NCBI GenBank assembly: GCA_040398005.1
Contig: JBBAUX010000001.1
Span: 258,847-322,846, forward strand
Origin: Opitutales bacterium
GTDB lineage: Bacteria; Verrucomicrobiota; Verrucomicrobiia; Opitutales; UBA953
Direction of reading: 5' to 3'
Length of the DNA stretch: 64,000 nt
Positions 59,866-64,000 of the stretch are shown in pieces. The position numbers and the translations under genes were made by a program. The first letter of the stretch is position 1. Each line of letters opens with the position of its first letter. The notes beneath the pieces were generated by a model. It saw only the letters and a list, made by a program, of their open reading frames with translations. It was not told where the DNA came from and did not search any database.

Positions 59866-59943
59866 TGGGGTGATTGAGGGGACTTGAACCCCCGACCCCC
59901 GGTACCACAAACCGGTGCTCTAACCAACTGAGCTACAACCACC
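59866..59943 (-). tRNA. tRNA-His(GTG)
   Basis: Reverse complement GGTGGTTGTAGCTCAGTTGGTTAGAGCACCGGTTTGTGGTACCGGGGGTCGGGGGTTCAAGTCCCCTCAATCACCCCA; G-1 and C73 present; CCA encoded. Confidence 0.96.
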
Positions 59944-60094
59944 ATTCACCCTTAACGGGAAGGTATCTAATGCACGCAAATTGACCGCACCTGTCAATCT
60001 CTGACGAATTGTTCGGTTTTCTCAGCCCGCCCAGAAGTTTTTATCGTTTGTTCTTCCCCTTTCTCCGCATCACCGCCTTTCTATAGGTTCAACA

Positions 60095-61279
60095 ATGTCC
60101 ACCTTTACCGAAATTGGCCTTCCCGAGCCTGTCACACGCTCACTTGCCGATGCGGGTTATGTTACCCCCACGCCCATCCAAGCGCAGGCCATCCCAATCA
60201 TTCTCTCAGGTCGTGATCTCATTGGCGCCGCTCAAACAGGCACCGGAAAAACTGCCGCCTTCGCTTTACCAACCATCGCACGTCTCGGACCCGCCGCCGG
60301 CAAGCCTCGCTGCCTCGTCCTGGTTCCTACTCGCGAACTGGCCGTTCAAGTGGATGAAAATTTTCAGAAGTACGGAAAATACCTCGGCACCAAAACTGCT
60401 CTGCTCTACGGTGGAGTAGGGTACGGCGCTCAAGTGAAAGCACTCAGCGACGGTGTTGATGTCGTGATCGCCACCCCTGGTCGTCTCCTCGATCTCCACG
60501 AACAAAAGATTTTAGATCTTAGTTCCATTCAAGTAGTTATCTTAGATGAAGTGGATCGTATGCTCGACATGGGATTCATCGAAGATGTCACCCGCATCAT
60601 TCGTTTCTGTCCTAAAGAGCGTCAGACTTTACTTTTCTCCGCCACCGTCGATGAACGTATCGGCAAAATCGCTAACTGGGCACTGCGCGATCCGATCACC
60701 ATCGACGTTCGCACTGGCTCAACCGCCGCCGAAACAGTCGACCACGCGATTTACCCAGTCGATGTCTTTCAAAAGTATGACCTTCTTATCGAACTCTTAA
60801 AGAAGAGTGAATTTAAATCAGTCATCGTCTTCACCCGTACGAAACGGGATGCGGATCGTATTACCGAATGGATTGAAGGCCACGGTACACCCGTAGCCAC
60901 GATGCATGCTGACCGTTCGCAAACCGAACGCACCGAAGCCCTCAAAGGTTTTAAGTCAGGTAAGTACACTATTTTAGTCGCGACCGATATCGCTTCGCGC
61001 GGACTCGATATCACCGGAGTCACTCACGTCATCAATTACAACGTTCCTGAACACCCAGAAGATTATGTTCACCGTATTGGACGTACCGGACGCGCCGCAG
61101 CTGAAGGCGAAGCGTTCACCCTTTTCTCACCCGATGAATTGCACAGCATGCACCAAATCGAACAGCTTTTAGGTCGTCCCATCGAGCGCCGTAAACTCGA
61201 AGGTTTCCGATATTTCTCTGAGCCCATCTTGACTCCGGGTGGCGCGAAGACAGCTGCGCCACGTAAGCGCAATCGATAA
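60095..61279 (+). CDS. DEAD-box RNA helicase (RhlE-like)
   Basis: PTPIQ, AQTGTGKT, PTRELA, TPGRL, DEVD, SAT, SRGLD, HRIGRTGR. Confidence 0.94.
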   Translation: MSTFTEIGLPEPVTRSLADAGYVTPTPIQAQAIPIILSGRDLIGAAQTGTGKTAAFALPTIARLGPAAGKPRCLVLVPTRELAVQVDENFQKYGKYLGTKTALLYGGVGYGAQVKALSDGVDVVIATPGRLLDLHEQKILDLSSIQVVILDEVDRMLDMGFIEDVTRIIRFCPKERQTLLFSATVDERIGKIANWALRDPITIDVRTGSTAAETVDHAIYPVDVFQKYDLLIELLKKSEFKSVIVFTRTKRDADRITEWIEGHGTPVATMHADRSQTERTEALKGFKSGKYTILVATDIASRGLDITGVTHVINYNVPEHPEDYVHRIGRTGRAAAEGEAFTLFSPDELHSMHQIEQLLGRPIERRKLEGFRYFSEPILTPGGAKTAAPRKRNR

Positions 61280-61280
61280 A

Positions 61281-62369
61281 GTGACCACGTCGGCTGATGT
61301 CTTGTGGATGCGTCAAGCACTCGAGATGGCACGCCGAGGTTGGGGCGCCACCCATCCCAACCCGATGGTGGGTGCACTCATTGTCGAAGACGATAAAGTC
61401 GTCGCCCTTGGCTACCACGCTAAGGCGGGCGAAGCGCACGCAGAAGTCGTCGCTCTTAAAAGTTTAGGACGAAAACCAAAACCCGACGCGGTTTTGTACG
61501 TCACTCTCGAGCCTTGTTGTACACACGGTCTCACACCACCTTGTGTTGATGCGATTATCGCTTCAGGCATTCGCCATGTTGTCGTCGGTGCCACGGATCC
61601 GAATCCTGCTCACGCTGGCAAAGGCTTGAATTTATTACGTCAAAATGGCATCACCGTCACTTCGGGTGTTTTGGCAGATGAAGCGAATGATCTGAATCTT
61701 ATTTTTAATCATTGGATTACTCATCAGCGTCCGCTCATCGCTTTGAAGTTAGCTTCTACGGTCGACTTCCGATTGGTCCACGCCGAGAAAACCATCCGTA
61801 CTATCTCCAATCAATCATCTCGCACCGATGTTCATCAGTGGAGAAAACTTTTTCCAGCTATCGCGATTAGTGTAGATACATTAATTGCTGACAACCCAAG
61901 TCTCACTTCTCGCATACCTAATAATGAGTCCTGTTCAACGCGTTTTATTTTGGATCGTCACTTTAGGTCCGCTCAAAAAACCCACTCAGGCTTATTTCAA
62001 GATAAGTATCGTCATTTAAGTATTGTCGTAGGCCTTAAGCAATTAGCTACGGCCGACGTATTGCAGGCTTATGAATCGGCCGGAATAAAAGTCTGGCTAA
62101 TCGATGGTGACGAAAAAGACTTCCTCAAAAATTGGATTGAACGCTGCACTGAAGAAAAATGGGTGGGTGTGTATATTGAATCCGGACCGCGCTTAGCTTC
62201 GGTGATTCTGAAAAATAAAATCGCGGATTATTTCTTTCTCTACTTTGCGAAATCACAAAACGGCGATCTAGAGTCGCCGCCGTGGACCGAATCGGGCATT
62301 CCTGAGTTGCGCGACAAGGTGATGACCACGTTTGAGAAAGACACCCTAACGCGTGGTTTTTTAATTTAG
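61281..62369 (+). CDS. ribD: Riboflavin biosynthesis deaminase/reductase
   Basis: PNPMVGA, HAE, TLEPC..HG.TPPC deaminase motifs; C-terminal reductase with DNPSLTSR. Confidence 0.88.
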   Translation: MTTSADVLWMRQALEMARRGWGATHPNPMVGALIVEDDKVVALGYHAKAGEAHAEVVALKSLGRKPKPDAVLYVTLEPCCTHGLTPPCVDAIIASGIRHVVVGATDPNPAHAGKGLNLLRQNGITVTSGVLADEANDLNLIFNHWITHQRPLIALKLASTVDFRLVHAEKTIRTISNQSSRTDVHQWRKLFPAIAISVDTLIADNPSLTSRIPNNESCSTRFILDRHFRSAQKTHSGLFQDKYRHLSIVVGLKQLATADVLQAYESAGIKVWLIDGDEKDFLKNWIERCTEEKWVGVYIESGPRLASVILKNKIADYFFLYFAKSQNGDLESPPWTESGIPELRDKVMTTFEKDTLTRGFLI

Positions 62370-62557
62370 GTTAAGAAACCTTCTAGAAATTATTTTTAGT
62401 CACTAGGTGCCAATTGAGGCACTCTTGTGGCGGTTTTGTGGGGTAGGGTGTCCGCTTGCCCTTTTTGGCTCGACTTTTCAAGAAAAACTTTCATTAAGGG
62501 AAATCCGTATCCCTGCATGCTGGGGGTACAACCTAACCACCTAAATACAAAACACTT

Positions 62558-63892
62558 ATGACTGACAAAATTATAACACACCTACGCCGCGAAAAACCTA
62601 CTTTCACGGCATTAATCGAGAAGAAGCGTGATGGGGGTGAATTTACGGCCGATGAGATACGTCAGATCGTTGACTCGATTATGGACGCAGAAATGCCTCC
62701 GGAGCAACAAGCGGCCTTAGCGATGGCTATTTTCTTCCGTCAGATGTCTGCTCAAGAGACCGCGATGCTCGCTGAAGAGCTTCGTCTCTCGGGTGACGTC
62801 ATTGACCTCGCTCGTCTGTCCCAACCTAAAATCGCCAAGGTTTCTACCGGTGGAGTAGGTGATAAGACCACACTCGTACTCGGACCTCTCGGCGCCGCCG
62901 CTGGTGTCATCATGCCTGGCATGAATGGTAAAGACGAAGAGTTCTGTATTTCAACCGTTGAAAAGCTTTCTTCGATTCCAGGTTTCCGCGGTAAAGTTTC
63001 GCTCGAAGAATTCCGTAAACAAATCGAACGCGTCGGTTGTGCGATTACTGAACAATGTCCCGAAGTCGCTCCTGCGGATGACTTACTCTACGCTCTCCGT
63101 GAAAAAACCGGCACGATTCCATCTCTTCCCTTAATCACCGGAAGTATCCTCGCTAAGAAATTAGCAGAAGGCTGCGAAGGCCTAGTTATCGATGTAAAAT
63201 GGGGCAATGGCTCATTTATCCGTGATCTCGAACAAGCTAAACAACTCGCGCGTATCATCACCCGCGTTGCACGTTCTCTGAACCGCAAGTGCGTTGCTCT
63301 CGTTACTGATGTGAATCAACCACTCGGTGATTCTGTCGGTACTGGTTTAGAAATTCTTGAAGCCGTTCGACTCCTTAAAGGTGAAGGCCCCGAAGATCTC
63401 CAAGACCTCGTTCTTAAATTAGGCATGGAAGTTGTCCGTCTCGCTGGCGTTGCTGGTTCAACACTCTCTGCAAAACAAACGGTTGAGAAACATCTTAAGG
63501 ATGGTTCTGCACTCGAAAAGTTTAAAGCCATGGTTCGCGCCCAGGGTGGTAAGACCGATTGGATCGACGATCCTTCGAAATTCCCTCAAGCGAAATTCAT
63601 CCGTAAATTACCTGCACCTAAGCGTGGTTATGTTCACACCATCGATGCCGGAAAGATCGCCCAAGGCGTTCGTATTTTAGCGATGATGAAAGACGGCACG
63701 CTCGATCCTGCGGTAGGCGTAACCAATATTCAAAAGGTCGGTACTCAGGTTAAACAAGGTGAGCCGCTCATCATGATTCATTATAATGATGAAGCTAAAG
63801 TGGATCAGGCGTTGCCTTACTTCCGCGATGCTTACCGCTTAGCGCCTAAACGTCCCAATATTCCGCCACTTGTTGTTGAACGCGTAGCGTAA
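62558..63892 (+). CDS. Thymidine/pyrimidine-nucleoside phosphorylase family protein (DeoA/Pdp-like, divergent active site)
   Basis: IEKKRDG, STGGVGDK, APAD..LYALR, SILAKKLAEG, DVKWGNGSF, NQPLG, DPAVG. Confidence 0.88.
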   Translation: MTDKIITHLRREKPTFTALIEKKRDGGEFTADEIRQIVDSIMDAEMPPEQQAALAMAIFFRQMSAQETAMLAEELRLSGDVIDLARLSQPKIAKVSTGGVGDKTTLVLGPLGAAAGVIMPGMNGKDEEFCISTVEKLSSIPGFRGKVSLEEFRKQIERVGCAITEQCPEVAPADDLLYALREKTGTIPSLPLITGSILAKKLAEGCEGLVIDVKWGNGSFIRDLEQAKQLARIITRVARSLNRKCVALVTDVNQPLGDSVGTGLEILEAVRLLKGEGPEDLQDLVLKLGMEVVRLAGVAGSTLSAKQTVEKHLKDGSALEKFKAMVRAQGGKTDWIDDPSKFPQAKFIRKLPAPKRGYVHTIDAGKIAQGVRILAMMKDGTLDPAVGVTNIQKVGTQVKQGEPLIMIHYNDEAKVDQALPYFRDAYRLAPKRPNIPPLVVERVA

Positions 63893-63927
63893 AACAAAAG
63901 GCCGTCACTTGACGGCCTTTTTTGTTT
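63892..63927 (+). terminator. Terminator after the phosphorylase gene
   Basis: AAACAAAAGGCCGTCA-CT-TGACGGCCTTTTTTGTTT. Confidence 0.85.
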
Positions 63928-64000
63928 AATAATTAATATACCCATGCTCACATATGCACACGGGAGTCCTACTTACCTGCATTTGATTTTGTATCGCCCC

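Overview
Gene-dense 64-kb stretch of a bacterial chromosome. Short spacers, convergent gene overlaps, starts lacking Shine-Dalgarno motifs and the gene content suggest a streamlined Verrucomicrobiota/Opitutales-like genome; this is an inference and was not searched. Most of the window is housekeeping: accA (partial), mnmA, parB, sucCD, frr-pyrH, efp, glgC, ilvE, aroK, aat, nadA, DAHP synthase, der-fmt-lptC/A-like-lptB-hprK, trpD, waaA, rpsB-tsf, ispA, rpsO-pnp, folD, fabG-acpP-fabF, groES-groEL and ribD, plus tRNA-Arg(ACG), tRNA-Gln(TTG) and tRNA-His(GTG). No integrase, transposase, rRNA or CRISPR array was found. The most notable observations are: (1) an integrase-less two-gene cassette stack at the tRNA-His 3' end, where both genes end inside the same palindromic GGGGTCAG...CTGACCCC repeat and an 11-bp copy of the tRNA 3' end separates the units; (2) a sigma54-type promoter with phased TGTGACA enhancer-like sites before groES-groEL; (3) divergent core proteins: EF-P with a PPN tip, a thymidine-phosphorylase homolog lacking the catalytic His and Gly-rich loop, a Fur homolog missing its His cluster, EF-Ts with a long helical insertion, and a 692-aa LptC/LptA-like protein; (4) a three-way-junction RNA leader before rpsO; (5) an uncalled 42-aa lipoprotein ORF; (6) an ABCG-type transporter operon with uncharacterised exported partners.
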